DNA of 64,000 nt from positions 192,001 through 256,000 of the forward strand of contig CAVXWP010000006.1 of the NCBI GenBank assembly GCA_963765495.1. Reading direction: 5' to 3'. The notes below the pieces were generated by a model that was not told the origin of the DNA, did not search any database, and saw only the letters and a program-made list of their open reading frames with translations. The DNA is from Blastocatellia bacterium. Lineage in GTDB: Bacteria; Acidobacteriota; Blastocatellia; UBA7656. Shown piece by piece: positions 1-10,338 of the stretch. The position numbers were made by a program, and so were the translations under genes. How positions within the stretch are numbered: the first letter of the stretch is position 1; every line of letters begins with the position of its first letter.

Positions 1-2417
1 TCGTATCTGAGCGCCTCAATCGGGTCTATCTTTGTTGCTTTTCGCGCAGGCGTGTAACAGGACAATAACGCGACCAGAGCAACAAGCAGCGCGACGCCTA
101 AAAAGGTTACGGGGTCGGTTGCCTTCACATCAAACAACAGGCTCGACATCAATCGCGTGAGCGCGTAAGAGGCGATCAGACCCGTGGCCACGCCTGCTAT
201 GATCAATACACCCGCCTGTCTGATTACCAGTAGAACCACGTTTCGCGGTTGCGCTCCGAGCGCCATACGTATGCCGATTTCGTGAGTGCGCTCGGTGATC
301 TGATAATTCAGCACGCCGTAAATTCCTACTGCCGTAAGCACCAGCGCAAGCCCTGCAAACAACCCCATCAAGAGCATCAGGAATTGCTCCGGCGCGATTG
401 ATGCGCTCAGCACTTCCGACATCGGACGGATTCCGGCAACAGGCATTTGCGGATCTGCCTGAGCGACCGCGCCGCGTAAAGCCGCGCTTAACTCTATCGG
501 CCCCGACGTGCGCACGAGCCACGATGTGAGAAACCAGCGATTCATCGCCGCGTTCAATCCGTCAGGGACCTGCGGGAATGGGATATAGACCGTGCGAAAT
601 GCGGGCCGGTCCAATCCCAGATCCTTAACATCTTTAACCACGCCGATGATCTGCCAGCTTCCGCCGTTAAACGTAACCTGCACGCCTAGGGGGTCGCTAT
701 CGGGAAAAATGGAGTGCGCAAGCGATTCGTTTATGATCATAACGTGCTGGGATGCGGTCGTGTCGCTTTCGGTAAAGCTGCGCCCCTTGAGCAAAGGCAC
801 GCCGATCGTATCGAAATAAGTGGCACTGACGGGGCGGGCCTCTACATAAAAATTCGCTTTTTCCCCGCCTCGATCAACCGCGATACCGGAGTTCAGCCCG
901 CGTTCAAGCGGCAGGCTCAAGGTAGCGGCGGCAGCCGTCACTCCCGGTAATGCCTGAATACGCTCCAATACCTGTTGCTGAAATCTCCACGCCTCAGCCG
1001 TAGATTTATAACCGGCGGATGTAAGCGATACCTGCATCGTGGTGAGGTCGGTCATATCTATGCCGGTGTCTACTCTGCGAAGTCGGACAAAGCTTTCTAT
1101 CAACAGGGCAGCGCCAATCAGCAGGACGAGCGCCAGCGCCACCTCGCTTATGACCAGCAGACTGCGCATTCTGGAATCCAATCTTCCGCTGCCCTGTCTG
1201 CCCGTAGATGCCTTTATCACTTCGCTCAAACTCATCCGGGATGTTCGCAGGGCCGGAGCGATGCCAAACAAGAGGCTGGTCAGAAGCGATGCCAGGACGG
1301 CAAAGATTATGGCATGAGAATCTATGCCGATCTCTTGCAGGCGAGGCAAATCTCCGGGCGTCATCCGAAGCAACAGAGGCACGCTCCAGAAGGCGATCAG
1401 CAAGCCAGCGCCTCCGCCGACAAGCGCAAGCAGCAGGTTTTCAGTCATCAACTGGCGAAGGAGTCGCTTTCTTCCCGCGCCGAGCGCCGCGCGAATCGCC
1501 ATCTCCGCTTTTCGCGTAGACGCTCGCGCAAGCAACAGGTTCGCAACGTTTGCGCAGGCTATCAGAAGCACAAACCCCGCCGCGCCAAAAAGCAGCAGCA
1601 GGGTAGTGCCGATGTCGCCTACGACAACCTGCTGATAAGGCAGGAGGCGGATGCCTTCTTCGCGCGGTCCTATGTGGTCCGGGTAGGTCTGTCTGAAGGC
1701 GGGCAGGAGTTGATCCATTTCTGCCTGCGCCTGCTCGATTGTGATGCCGGGTTTCAGCCGGGCGAGCAGATTGGTGTTGTGGCCCTGATCCTTTACGTCG
1801 GCCTGGACCTGCAAAGGCACAAGCAGGTCAACCGGCGTCTCGAACTTGAAATCTCTGGGCAGGATGCCCGCGATTGTATAGCTCCGGCCGTTTAACAGGA
1901 TTTGCTCTCCGACAACGGCCGGGTTCGCTCCGAAGTGATCGCGCCAGATTCCGTCACCGAGTATGACGGCATTTGGCCCGTTTGGCATATCTTCTTCGGG
2001 GAGAAAATTTCGCCCCAGCGCCGGACGGACTCCGAGCAGATCGAGGAAATCGGACGAGACTCTGACCCCGCGCACCCGCGCAGGCTCGTCCGTCCCGGCC
2101 AGATTTAAACTCGCTCCGGCATCGGCGTAGCCGGCCGTCTTCTCAAAGCTCTTGCTGTTCTCCTTCCAGTAGACAAGCTGGGTGGTCGTAACTCCTACCG
2201 GAGAGGTCTGCCCTTGCCTGAATACCCACGAAGCAAAGACAATCCGGTCGGGTTCCTGATAAGGCAACTGGCGAAACAATACCCCGTTTACGACGCTGAA
2301 GATTGCCGTGTTAGCACCTATGCCTAGCGCGAGCGTCACGACTGCTACCAGCGTGAACACAGGCTTTTTGGCAAGCATTCGAACGGCGTATCGCATATCC
2401 TGCCACAGAGTTTCCAT
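1..2417 (-). CDS. ABC transporter permease, MacB/FtsX-like (ADOP-type); last few nt run off the window edge
   Basis: Absent from the ORF track because no stop lies in the window. ATG at 2417 gives [47 protein letters not shown]. The same frame ends ...[16 protein letters not shown] at position 3. Paralog of 2549..4957. Confidence 0.9.
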   Translation of the reverse strand, partial: METLWQDMRYAVRMLAKKPVFTLVAVVTLALGIGANTAIFSVVNGVLFRQLPYQEPDRIVFASWVFRQGQTSPVGVTTTQLVYWKENSKSFEKTAGYADAGASLNLAGTDEPARVRGVRVSSDFLDLLGVRPALGRNFLPEEDMPNGPNAVILGDGIWRDHFGANPAVVGEQILLNGRSYTIAGILPRDFKFETPVDLLVPLQVQADVKDQGHNTNLLARLKPGITIEQAQAEMDQLLPAFRQTYPDHIGPREEGIRLLPYQQVVVGDIGTTLLLLFGAAGFVLLIACANVANLLLARASTRKAEMAIRAALGAGRKRLLRQLMTENLLLALVGGGAGLLIAFWSVPLLLRMTPGDLPRLQEIGIDSHAIIFAVLASLLTSLLFGIAPALRTSRMSLSEVIKASTGRQGSGRLDSRMRSLLVISEVALALVLLIGAALLIESFVRLRRVDTGIDMTDLTTMQVSLTSAGYKSTAEAWRFQQQVLERIQALPGVTAAAATLSLPLERGLNSGIAVDRGGEKANFYVEARPVSATYFDTIGVPLLKGRSFTESDTTASQHVMIINESLAHSIFPDSDPLGVQVTFNGGSWQIIGVVKDVKDLGLDRPAFRTVYIPFPQVPDGLNAAMNRWFLTSWLVRTSGPIELSAALRGAVAQADPQMPVAGIRPMSEVLSASIAPEQFLMLLMGLFAGLALVLTAVGIYGVLNYQITERTHEIGIRMALGAQPRNVVLLVIRQAGVLIIAGVATGLIASYALTRLMSSLLFDVKATDPVTFLGVALLVALVALLSCYTPARKATKIDPIEALRY

Positions 2418-2434
2418 ACCTCTTGCCCCTTTCC

Positions 2435-2549
2435 GCGATGCGTGATGCGCTTTGTGATTCGTGATTCGTGATTCGTGATTTACCAGGCTTGCAAGTTGTT
2501 TTTATCACGCAGGCTCCTTGAAAATCACGGATCACGAATCACGAATCAT
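2435..2549. repeat. Inverted tandem-heptamer palindrome (GTGATTC)n...(GAATCAC)n
   Basis: GTGATTC x3 + GTGATTT at 2454-2481. AAATCAC GGATCAC GAATCAC GAATCAT at 2522-2549. Abuts the TGA of the upstream permease. Confidence 0.9.
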
Positions 2550-4957
2550 CATTCGTATCTTAGCGCAATCATCGGGTCTACCTTGATGGCCCGCCGGGCC
2601 GGGATATAGCTCGACATCACGGCCACAATCATAATCGCGAGCGACACGGCCGAGAAGATAACGGGGTCGGTTGCCGTCACTCCATAAAGCAGGCTCGACA
2701 TCAATCGCGTGAGAGCGAAGGCGCAAACCGCGCCTATCACAACGCCGATTACGGCGAGCAGCAATCCGTGGCCTACGACGAGCTTGAGCACGTGGCCGGG
2801 CCGAGCGCCGAGCGCCATGCGAATACCGATCTCTCTCGTGCTTTGATTCACAGTATAAGACATCACGCTGTAGATGCCTATCATCGCAAGGACGAGCGCC
2901 ACCGCAGCAAAGATGGTCAGCAGCACCATGTTCAGGCGGCTGTTGGAGACCGAATCCGCTATCACATCCTGCATGGTCTTGACGTTATAGATGGGCTGAG
3001 CCGGGTCAACTGCCAGCACCTCGGCGCGAATCGCGGAGACCAGGCTTGTGGGATCGTTTGTGGCGCGGGCGACCATGCTCATGTTCTTCCCGAGCGCTGA
3101 AGCTTGATCCTGAGTGTAAGGGAAAAATATCTCGGGCCGCGTGGGATTTGTGAGACCCGATTGCCTGACATCTCCGACAACTCCGATGACGGTCGCCCAG
3201 TCGGGTGTCAGGCCGCGAATGCGTTTGCCGATAGGGTCTTGATGGGGCATCAGGTCGCGCGCCAGAGTCTGGTTGATAATGATGACGGGAGCCCCGGTCT
3301 GATTATCCCGATCGTTGAAGAATCGCCCGGAGACAAGCGGCACACCGAGAGCTCGAAAGTAATCGGGGCTTATCGAGCGGAACTCGGCAAGCGGGGCCTG
3401 TCCCGGGGGATATGGTCCCTGTCCTTCGATTTCAATATCGCCGTTAAAGCCCCAGGATTGAACCGGCAACAGATTTATAATTCCCGCCGATTGAACTCCG
3501 GGCAGCGTCGTCACTCGATCAAGAACCTGCTTGTAGAAGAGGGCTGCCGTTTCAGGCGTGGGATACTTCGCATCGGGCAGCGAGATACCCATCGTCATAA
3601 CGTTTTCCGGGCGCAACCCTGTATCTACCTGTTGCAATCGAAAGAAGCTCTTTATCAAAAGCCCCGACCCGACGAGCAAAACAAGCGCCGCCGCGACTTC
3701 CACTACTACCAGAATGCTGCGAAGCCAGTTGCGCCGCGCGCTGTTGCCCGAACTGCCGCTCTCTTTCAGCACGTCCTGCACGCTCGATCTTGAAACCTGA
3801 AGCGCCGGAGCGAGCCCAAACCCTATCCCTGTCACGAGCGACAATAGCAAGGTAAATCCAAGCACGCGCCCGTCAAGTGTTACCTCGTCTGCGCGAGGGA
3901 GAAAACTTGCCGCGAGAGTCACGAGCGCCTGAAGACCGATTTTGGCAAGCGCGAGGCCCACGACACCGCCAAGCAGACCGAGCAAAACGCTTTCGGTCAG
4001 GAATTGTCGCATCAGCCGTCCGCGCCCAGCGCCCAGCGCCGAACGTATGGCGATCTCTCTTCGACGACCGGCCGCCCGCGCAAGCAGGAGGTTTGCTACA
4101 TTCGTGCAGGCGATAAGCAACACAAACCCGACCGCGCCGAGAAGTATCAACAGCGCCGGTCTGACGTTTCGGACCATCTCTTCCTGCAAGGGGATGAGCA
4201 GAACGCTGCGCCCGGACTGCTCTTCGGGGTACTGCTGCTCAAGCCGCGAGGCTATAACGCGCATCTGTTCCTCGGCCTGCGCCTCAGAAACGCCGGGCTT
4301 CAACCGTCCGAGCGCAAACAGAAAGTGGCTTCCTCTCGCCTGATTTTGAACGGGAGTCGTCACAAGGGGAACCCATAGCTCTGTCGTGCGTCTCGGAAAC
4401 TGAAAGCCTGCGGGCATCACGCCGACCACGGTAAAGCCTTCGCCTCCAAGCGCGATGTCTTTACCGAGAATCTGCGGATCGGACGAGAAGTTTCGCTTCC
4501 ATAGCTGATTGCTCAAGACGACTACGCGGTGGCCCGGCTGATCCTCTTCGGGCAGAAATCCTCTGCCCAATTGAGGCTCGACGCCAAGCACAGTAAACAT
4601 ATTTGCGGAGACGGTTGCGCCCTGAACGCGTTCGGGGTTATCCGACCCCTGTAAATTGAAATTGCCAAACTGGTAAGCGGCTATCTCGGTGAAAACATCA
4701 TTCTGCTCGCGCCAGTCTTTCAGATTGGGAACCGAAACCGTGCCCTGTCCGCCGGGAAGAAAGGTCTCCCAGAGCTTTATAAGCCTGTCAGGCTCTTTGA
4801 AGGGCAACGGGCGGAGCAGTACGGCGTTTACTACGCTGAATATCGCGCTGTTGGCCCCGATCCCAAGAGCCAGGGTAAGTATTGCAATTGCGGAAAAGAG
4901 GGGCTGCCTGCGGAGCATTCGACAGCCGTAACGAAAATCTTGCCAGAGAGTCATCAT
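2549..4957 (-). CDS. ABC transporter permease, MacB/FtsX-like (ADOP-type), 802 aa
   Basis: N-terminus LWQDFRYG...[25 protein letters not shown], internal REIAIRSALGA and [12 protein letters not shown]-terminus PARRAIKVDPMIALRYE. Confidence 0.95.
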   Translation of the reverse strand: MMTLWQDFRYGCRMLRRQPLFSAIAILTLALGIGANSAIFSVVNAVLLRPLPFKEPDRLIKLWETFLPGGQGTVSVPNLKDWREQNDVFTEIAAYQFGNFNLQGSDNPERVQGATVSANMFTVLGVEPQLGRGFLPEEDQPGHRVVVLSNQLWKRNFSSDPQILGKDIALGGEGFTVVGVMPAGFQFPRRTTELWVPLVTTPVQNQARGSHFLFALGRLKPGVSEAQAEEQMRVIASRLEQQYPEEQSGRSVLLIPLQEEMVRNVRPALLILLGAVGFVLLIACTNVANLLLARAAGRRREIAIRSALGAGRGRLMRQFLTESVLLGLLGGVVGLALAKIGLQALVTLAASFLPRADEVTLDGRVLGFTLLLSLVTGIGFGLAPALQVSRSSVQDVLKESGSSGNSARRNWLRSILVVVEVAAALVLLVGSGLLIKSFFRLQQVDTGLRPENVMTMGISLPDAKYPTPETAALFYKQVLDRVTTLPGVQSAGIINLLPVQSWGFNGDIEIEGQGPYPPGQAPLAEFRSISPDYFRALGVPLVSGRFFNDRDNQTGAPVIIINQTLARDLMPHQDPIGKRIRGLTPDWATVIGVVGDVRQSGLTNPTRPEIFFPYTQDQASALGKNMSMVARATNDPTSLVSAIRAEVLAVDPAQPIYNVKTMQDVIADSVSNSRLNMVLLTIFAAVALVLAMIGIYSVMSYTVNQSTREIGIRMALGARPGHVLKLVVGHGLLLAVIGVVIGAVCAFALTRLMSSLLYGVTATDPVIFSAVSLAIMIVAVMSSYIPARRAIKVDPMIALRYE

Positions 4958-5024
4958 TTATCTTGCCTCCGGGGGTTTGTGATGTATCGCTAATAAAGGT
5001 CGCAGATTTATTACGGCTCAATCC

Positions 5025-5070
5025 GCCTTTCAGGTGCTTTTTTTAGATGCTTTTTTCAGGTGCTCTTTTT
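5025..5070. repeat. 13-bp period direct repeat YAGRTGC-T6 (x3), candidate regulator or enhancer site
   Basis: CAGGTGC (5031), TAGATGC (5044) and CAGGTGC (5057), separated by T-runs, in the divergent promoter region. Confidence 0.5.
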
Positions 5071-5175
5071 TGGCTCTCAAAGATTGCGTGTCTGCAACGG
5101 GTACGAGGCCGAATAAAAAACCTACAATTGCGGCTCACTTTTTGGCTCTTTTCCGCTTATAAGCGCCCAAAGCAT

Positions 5176-5191
5176 CGGCACGATGGTTGCA
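5176..5191 (+). promoter_or_regulatory. sigma54 (-24/-12) promoter
   Basis: CGGCAC-GATGG-TTGCA, GG-N10-GC spacing, ending about 34 nt upstream of ATG 5225. Confidence 0.7.
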
Positions 5192-5224
5192 ATAATATAA
5201 AAACGTGGAGATTCAAGGAGGAAA

Positions 5225-5656
5225 ATGATGACAGCCATACGAAGAACAGCAATAGCAGCGATTTTACTGATGATAGCGGCTGCACCGCTTGCGATGGGGC
5301 AGGTGCGTACGCAAACGCGGCTGAATTTTACAATCAATGTGCCTTACGCGATGGAGATGGGAGGCTATACGCTTTCGCCGGGCAAGTACATACTCTTGCA
5401 GAGCAGTCAGCAGCCAAATCTTTTCTCTCTATATGCGGAAGATTTAGCGCGTGAGCCTATCGCGATGATACAGACTACGCGGACCCGATATTGGACTATA
5501 CCCCAGGACAGAACGACAAAAATAGTACTGGAAATAGACGAGTCGAGCCTCGACAGTCGGCCGGTACTTCAAGGGTGGAATGTTCCCTATGCGGATGGAT
5601 GGGAAGTAACCAGCGTAGTCGCTAAGAACAACAATTACATGGTTCGAATCAAGTAA
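5225..5656 (+). CDS. Secreted hypothetical protein, 143 aa
   Basis: RBS AGGAGG, signal peptide, beta-rich F-x-VPY...G...L-PGKY pattern typical of small Acidobacterial secreted proteins. Confidence 0.8.
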   Translation: MMTAIRRTAIAAILLMIAAAPLAMGQVRTQTRLNFTINVPYAMEMGGYTLSPGKYILLQSSQQPNLFSLYAEDLAREPIAMIQTTRTRYWTIPQDRTTKIVLEIDESSLDSRPVLQGWNVPYADGWEVTSVVAKNNNYMVRIK

Positions 5657-5766
5657 GGCAGCCATGCCCCACCTGCGTGACTGATAAGAAACGCAGGCAA
5701 GATAAGGCCGTTCGGTTTCCGGGAGATTCATTGTAGAGATCTTCCTTCGGCTACCGAACGGTCTTG

Positions 5767-7911
5767 TTATTTTGGCTTCTCTGTCGCGAGCATCAGCACG
5801 TGTTTTTTCCAATCAGCAGGCGACATGGTATTCAGTTGCGAAGCCTCTGAGGCGGCGATGATTAATTGCCTGAGCGAAGGGATAATGACAAACTCAAGCG
5901 CGGCTTTGGGTTTTGCCGCCCCGTCGAGCACCTGAAGCTCTTTCTCGCGCCAGTCGGGCGGGGGTTCGGTTCCCGATGAGAGGTAAGAGATTGCTTCCAG
6001 CCCGATGTTCCCCATCCTTGACAGGTCTTTTGCAAGCGGATCGGCCTCGCGAAGTATCGGAGAGTTGGCAATCATCACATCCATCGCAAGCCGTACGTCG
6101 CGCCAGCGTGTAAACTCTTCGACAAGCGCCTCGCGGTAAGCTGAAAAGCGCGGAGCGTCGTCGAGCAACCCGTTAATCATCCGAGGGAGAGTGCGGCGGG
6201 CCGGGCTGTCGGGCCGCGCAACGTCTACAAGCTGTGTGAGCGGAGTCATTTGAGTAGATGGTTTCTGTTGTCCCCGGTTGTAGATTTTTACAGGCTCGAC
6301 CATATCGACAAGCGTTTTGAGCGGCGCGACATCCCGGCCCGCCGCGAGGCGTCTGAGCATCATTCCCACGTTCTTTTCGTGTGTAAGCCCAAGCTCTTCA
6401 AGCTCTCGGCTGACTATTTCAAGACGGCGATACATGTCATCTACGTCGGTGACGGTACGCGGCGACCAGAAGCGTTCGGCGATGGCGGCCAGGCGCGGCC
6501 AGATGCGCGAATCAATCGTGTCGGCGTCTACATATTCGCTCCACATGCAGGCTTCGCCCCCGAGTATGAGCGCCGCCTGTTGCGGGGTGAGGTCGCTGTT
6601 TTCGGCTATGGGGTCTACGGCGTAATGATCCGTTGTCGGCTGTATAAGATCAAGGTAATACCCGGCAGAGAGGATGCCGGAATATCCTTTTTTAGCGCCC
6701 TCAGCAAGCGAAGCCTGCCCGCGCCACGATTGAACGACTATATCTTTGGGCAAATCGGGATGGAATATCTCATCCCATCCGATCATCTTCTTGCCGTTTT
6801 TCGTGAGGATTTTCAAGAGGCGCTGATTGAAATAAGCCTGTAGCCCGTGATTGTCTTTAAGCCCTTTCTGCTTTATGAACTCTTGAATCTGCGGATTATT
6901 GCTCCACTGTTTGCCCTCGTTTTCATCGCCGCCGATATGCATGTAGGCATCGGGGAAGAGCGCGGCCATCTCGCTGAGAAACCCGTCAAGCAGCTTGTAA
7001 ACTTCTTCGCGTGTCGGGTCGAGGGCCGGGTCGAATATGCCGTATTGGCGTTCGATTTTGTAAGGGCCGGGGGCGGAGGCAAGCTCCGGGTGACCTACGA
7101 GCCAACTGGTCGCGTGGCCCGGCATATCGAATTCCGGGACTACGCGAATGCCCCGGTCGCGGGCGTAGGCTATGACATCGCGCACCTGTTCCTGAGTGTA
7201 GTAAAGTCCGTCCGAGCCCATCTGATGCAGGCGCGGATACTTCAGGCTTTCGACGCGAAATCCCTGATCTTCGGTCAGGTGCCAGTGAAATACGTTCAGC
7301 TTGACAGCCGCCATCCCGTCGAGGTTTCGCTTGATTACAGCGACCGGCTGAAAGTGGCGGCAGGAATCTATCAGCAGACCGCGCCACGGAAAACGAGGCT
7401 TATCCTGAATCTGTGCCAGAGGCAGAAAGTACCCTTCACGGTCGCCTTCGACAAGTTGCAGAAATGTTTCAAGCCCTCTGAGCACGCCCACTGCGGTCGG
7501 GGCTTTCATCACCGCTTGAGAGGCAGATATTTCGAGCGAATAGGATTCGTCTTCATCAACCGAGGGGACAGCCTTTCCCGGCCCCGCGCATTCGATGACG
7601 AGCGTGGCGGTCTCGGGTGAAACCGTCAGAGGTGAACCTGTTTCTGTGCGGGAAAATTCAAGCCCCGTATGCCTCTCCAACCGCCTGAGCGCCCGATCAA
7701 CGCCGGCCTGCAAACGCCCGTCCGTATGTCCTTTCACGGCTACGGTGAAAGAGGCCGTAAGCGCGAGCCTTCCGGGTTCAAAGCGCACAGAGGCAGGCAC
7801 AGGCATCAGATGATGTTCGCGTGTTGCCGCAGGCATCCGGTCTTCCTGAGCATAAGCGCTCAAAGCGCAGAGCATAAGCGAAATCATAAGGATCAGCACA
7901 GTAGTTTTCAT
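5767..7911 (-). CDS. Beta-N-acetylhexosaminidase (GH20)
   Basis: DKPRFPWRGLLID, NVFHWHLTEDQG, PEFDMPGH, catalytic HIGGDE, GGEACMWSE, signal peptide. Start taken at ATG 7911. Confidence 0.95.
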   Translation of the reverse strand: MKTTVLILMISLMLCALSAYAQEDRMPAATREHHLMPVPASVRFEPGRLALTASFTVAVKGHTDGRLQAGVDRALRRLERHTGLEFSRTETGSPLTVSPETATLVIECAGPGKAVPSVDEDESYSLEISASQAVMKAPTAVGVLRGLETFLQLVEGDREGYFLPLAQIQDKPRFPWRGLLIDSCRHFQPVAVIKRNLDGMAAVKLNVFHWHLTEDQGFRVESLKYPRLHQMGSDGLYYTQEQVRDVIAYARDRGIRVVPEFDMPGHATSWLVGHPELASAPGPYKIERQYGIFDPALDPTREEVYKLLDGFLSEMAALFPDAYMHIGGDENEGKQWSNNPQIQEFIKQKGLKDNHGLQAYFNQRLLKILTKNGKKMIGWDEIFHPDLPKDIVVQSWRGQASLAEGAKKGYSGILSAGYYLDLIQPTTDHYAVDPIAENSDLTPQQAALILGGEACMWSEYVDADTIDSRIWPRLAAIAERFWSPRTVTDVDDMYRRLEIVSRELEELGLTHEKNVGMMLRRLAAGRDVAPLKTLVDMVEPVKIYNRGQQKPSTQMTPLTQLVDVARPDSPARRTLPRMINGLLDDAPRFSAYREALVEEFTRWRDVRLAMDVMIANSPILREADPLAKDLSRMGNIGLEAISYLSSGTEPPPDWREKELQVLDGAAKPKAALEFVIIPSLRQLIIAASEASQLNTMSPADWKKHVLMLATEKPK

Positions 7912-8070
7912 AATAGACCTCAAAAAATTGATTGAATCGAAGGATGAACAAACTATCCTAGCGTGATTGAGGCGTCAAGGCGAGGTGCTCGAATCGCTTT
8001 CACGTTTTCGAATCTCTGATAAAATCTCAGGAAACTTCCGATTGAATATAGTAAGGAAAGGATGAAACGG

Positions 8071-8370
8071 ATGACGGACATACAGGTAACAGTGCTGGCT
8101 CAGTTCAAGGCAAAAGAAGGGATGGAAGACCGCGTCAAGCAGGAGTTGCTGGCGCTGGTAACGCCTACGCTTACAGAGCCGGGCTGTCTCAATTACAACC
8201 TGCATCAATCGCCCGACGATAAGAGGCTTTTCATGTTTTATGAGAACTGGCGAGAGAAGGCAGACCTCGACAGACATTTCGAGATGCCGCATCTGGTCGA
8301 GCTTGAGGGTAAACTCGGCGAGATGCTGGCCGAACCCGTTTCGATAACACTTTGGCAGATGATTGCCTGA
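8071..8370 (+). CDS. Antibiotic biosynthesis monooxygenase (ABM/YgiN-like)
   Basis: TLTEPGCLNYNLHQS...FMFYENW...H motif. Start is 8062 or 8071. Confidence 0.85.
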   Translation: MTDIQVTVLAQFKAKEGMEDRVKQELLALVTPTLTEPGCLNYNLHQSPDDKRLFMFYENWREKADLDRHFEMPHLVELEGKLGEMLAEPVSITLWQMIA

Positions 8371-8403
8371 ACAGGCTCAGGCGTAAGAAAAAAGGTCGTC
8401 TTT

Positions 8404-8523
8404 ATGGCTGAATCCAACCGGTCCCGGCGCGATTTCCTGAGACACGCGGTTGTCGGTTTTGGAGCCGCGCTCCCATCCAAAAGGCTCACCGTATCGTCAG
8501 CCTCTGCACCATATCGTCTATAA
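8404..8523 (+). pseudogene. Orphan 39-aa ORF consisting essentially of a twin-arginine (Tat) signal peptide
   Basis: MAESNRSRRDFLRHAVVGFGAALPSKRLTVSSASAPYRL*. SRRDFL matches the Tat consensus. Below the ORF-track cutoff. Confidence 0.55.
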
Positions 8524-8604
8524 ATATTATGGGATTTACGGCGCTGCCTGCCGTAAAGGCTAATTATAAGTGCATTTAAGCGGTTCGGGGTAAAATTGAA
8601 TCGC

Positions 8605-8620
8605 TGGCACGGTCATTGCA
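8605..8620 (+). promoter_or_regulatory. sigma54 (-24/-12) promoter
   Basis: TGGCAC-GGTCA-TTGCA, consensus match. Confidence 0.8.
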
Positions 8621-8676
8621 GCAATTAAAGGAAACGTGGCCACCTGCCGCGTAGATCGGAAATTATGGAGGGAAAT

Positions 8677-9156
8677 ATGATTACGCTTAATAAGAGAATA
8701 GGAGCTGCGGCGTTGGGTCTCGTGATGTTATTTGCTGCTGCGATGCCCGCAAGCGCTCAGGGTCGTCGTTGGAGGAACCGCGATGATCTGTCTACGAAGG
8801 AGAAAGTTGCCATCATCGGTGGCGGCGCGGCAGTGGGAGCCGTTGTCGGCGGACTGCTCGGGGGTAAGAAGGGCGCTGTCATCGGTGGCGTCGCAGGCGG
8901 TGGCGCAGGCACGGGTTATGTAGTGCTGAAGGACAGACAGAACGATGACCGCTACGGTTATTATGACGGTCGTAATTACCGCGATTATCGCTACAACCGT
9001 CGCGGAGTCTACAGCAACGGCAGCCGGTACTACAACGATACCCGCTACAACAATACACGCTACAACGACACGCGGTACTACAATGACAGCCGGTACTACA
9101 ATAACAACTATCGTTCAAACGTTCGCGCCCGCAGAAACAATCGCCGGTGCAATTGA
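8677..9156 (+). CDS. Secreted glycine-zipper protein with Tyr/Arg/Asn-rich repeat tail
   Basis: RBS GGAGG, signal peptide, IGGGAAVGAVVGGLLGGKKGAVIGG glycine zipper, (R)YYNDT/YNNT repeats. Confidence 0.85.
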   Translation: MITLNKRIGAAALGLVMLFAAAMPASAQGRRWRNRDDLSTKEKVAIIGGGAAVGAVVGGLLGGKKGAVIGGVAGGGAGTGYVVLKDRQNDDRYGYYDGRNYRDYRYNRRGVYSNGSRYYNDTRYNNTRYNDTRYYNDSRYYNNNYRSNVRARRNNRRCN

Positions 9157-9208
9157 TAGCAGCTTTCGATGCTGAGAGATGGCTGCTAGAATGTTTGCAG
9201 AGGGAGCG

Positions 9209-10165
9209 ATGGCGAGAAAGAGCTACAAGTTAATCTTTTCGATTGCCACGCTTGCCTTAATGTTTACAGGTTTCACAACAGGTCAGGCCGCGCAAGGACA
9301 AAAATCGAACGCGTTTCAAAAGAGGCGCGTCGCCGCGCGCGGCCATCTGACCTCCTCTCGCGACACTTATCAAATCATCACCTGGCAAACAGAGAACCCA
9401 TCTCCTGAATCAGGGGTGTATGCTCAGGCTCACCTCGCGATAGAGACTACCGAACCCAAACCGCGCACGTTGTGGAAAACAGACGGCGGCGAGTCTTATT
9501 ACGAAGTAAATTCGATTCAGGTAAGCGATCTGGACGGCGACGGTGTGCCGGAAATAGCAAGCCTGTGGTGGGTAGGCGCATCGGCCGGGGCCACGCTTCG
9601 GGTCTTTCACTGGAACAAAGAAAGCCAGACCTTCGTCGAGCTTCAGCCCGAAGGCGGCAACGAAATAGGCGGCATCCATCGTTATAGCATCGTCTCCGCA
9701 AGCGGCAGAGCAGCAAAGACCGGTCGCAGCCGTCTGGTTGTTTATACGCGAAGCGGGCGCGGCGCGGGCTGGCCGCCGGTCGCAGTCGGTCAATATGAAG
9801 TGCGCGGAGGGGATCTGACGCGCGTCGGAGGCAGGATGAATGAGCCAAAGCAGACTGAATCCGGTATTGAAGGCATAGCGACGATCACACCCATTCGTCC
9901 GGGGCCGATTCGCCTGGGCGATAAGATGCCTTCTCAGGCTCCTTACCAGACGACTATGCTGGTCCTGACTAAAGACGACCGCGAGGTGACACGCTTCACA
10001 ACAGGCTCTGATGGCCGATTTCGTGTCTCGCTCGCGCCGGGCCAGTACTCTATCCGGCCTCTGGAAGAATCGAGAAGATTTCCAAGAGGCGGCCACGCGG
10101 AGGTAACCGTCCGCGCGGGCCAGTTCACGCACGTCGACCTGACTTTCGACAGCGGTATGCGGTAG
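9209..10165 (+). CDS. Secreted hypothetical protein with DLDGDG (FG-GAP/VCBS-like) motif and C-terminal carboxypeptidase-regulatory-like domain
   Basis: Signal peptide, SDLDGDGVPEI, C-terminal TGSDGRFRVSLAPGQYSI. Confidence 0.75.
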   Translation: MARKSYKLIFSIATLALMFTGFTTGQAAQGQKSNAFQKRRVAARGHLTSSRDTYQIITWQTENPSPESGVYAQAHLAIETTEPKPRTLWKTDGGESYYEVNSIQVSDLDGDGVPEIASLWWVGASAGATLRVFHWNKESQTFVELQPEGGNEIGGIHRYSIVSASGRAAKTGRSRLVVYTRSGRGAGWPPVAVGQYEVRGGDLTRVGGRMNEPKQTESGIEGIATITPIRPGPIRLGDKMPSQAPYQTTMLVLTKDDREVTRFTTGSDGRFRVSLAPGQYSIRPLEESRRFPRGGHAEVTVRAGQFTHVDLTFDSGMR

Positions 10166-10338
10166 TCGGGGGCCAGGGGTCGGGGGCCGGTAATCTTGAA
10201 GTCAGCACGATTCTAACCTGCGAAAATCTATCTGATCCACGCCCGTCCTGCTCTATTTCCAATATCCTGATTATGCGGATAGATTCAAAAGTATAGACCC
10301 GATGCTAACCGGCCCCTGGCCCCCGGCCCCCGGCCCCC
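10166..10338. repeat. Inverted tandem-heptamer palindrome (GGGGCCG)n...(CCGGCCC)n, right arm inside the lpxK 3' end
   Basis: TCGGGGG CCAGGGG TCGGGGG CCGG at 10166-10190. CCGGCCC CTGGCCC CCGGCCC CCGGCCC at 10309-10336. Confidence 0.85.

Noticed and set aside
975-1895. 306-aa plus-strand ORF and other long ORFs opposite the permeases
   Set aside because: Antisense shadows of the minus-strand ABC permeases, with no recognisable motifs.
1-2417. Apparent pseudogene, since no permease ORF appears in the track
   Set aside because: The start and the C-terminal motif are in the same frame; the ORF is most simply missing because its stop lies just outside the window.
1-4957. Tandem ABC permeases without an ATPase as a novel system
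   Set aside because: This is the known Acidobacterial duplicated orphan permease pattern.
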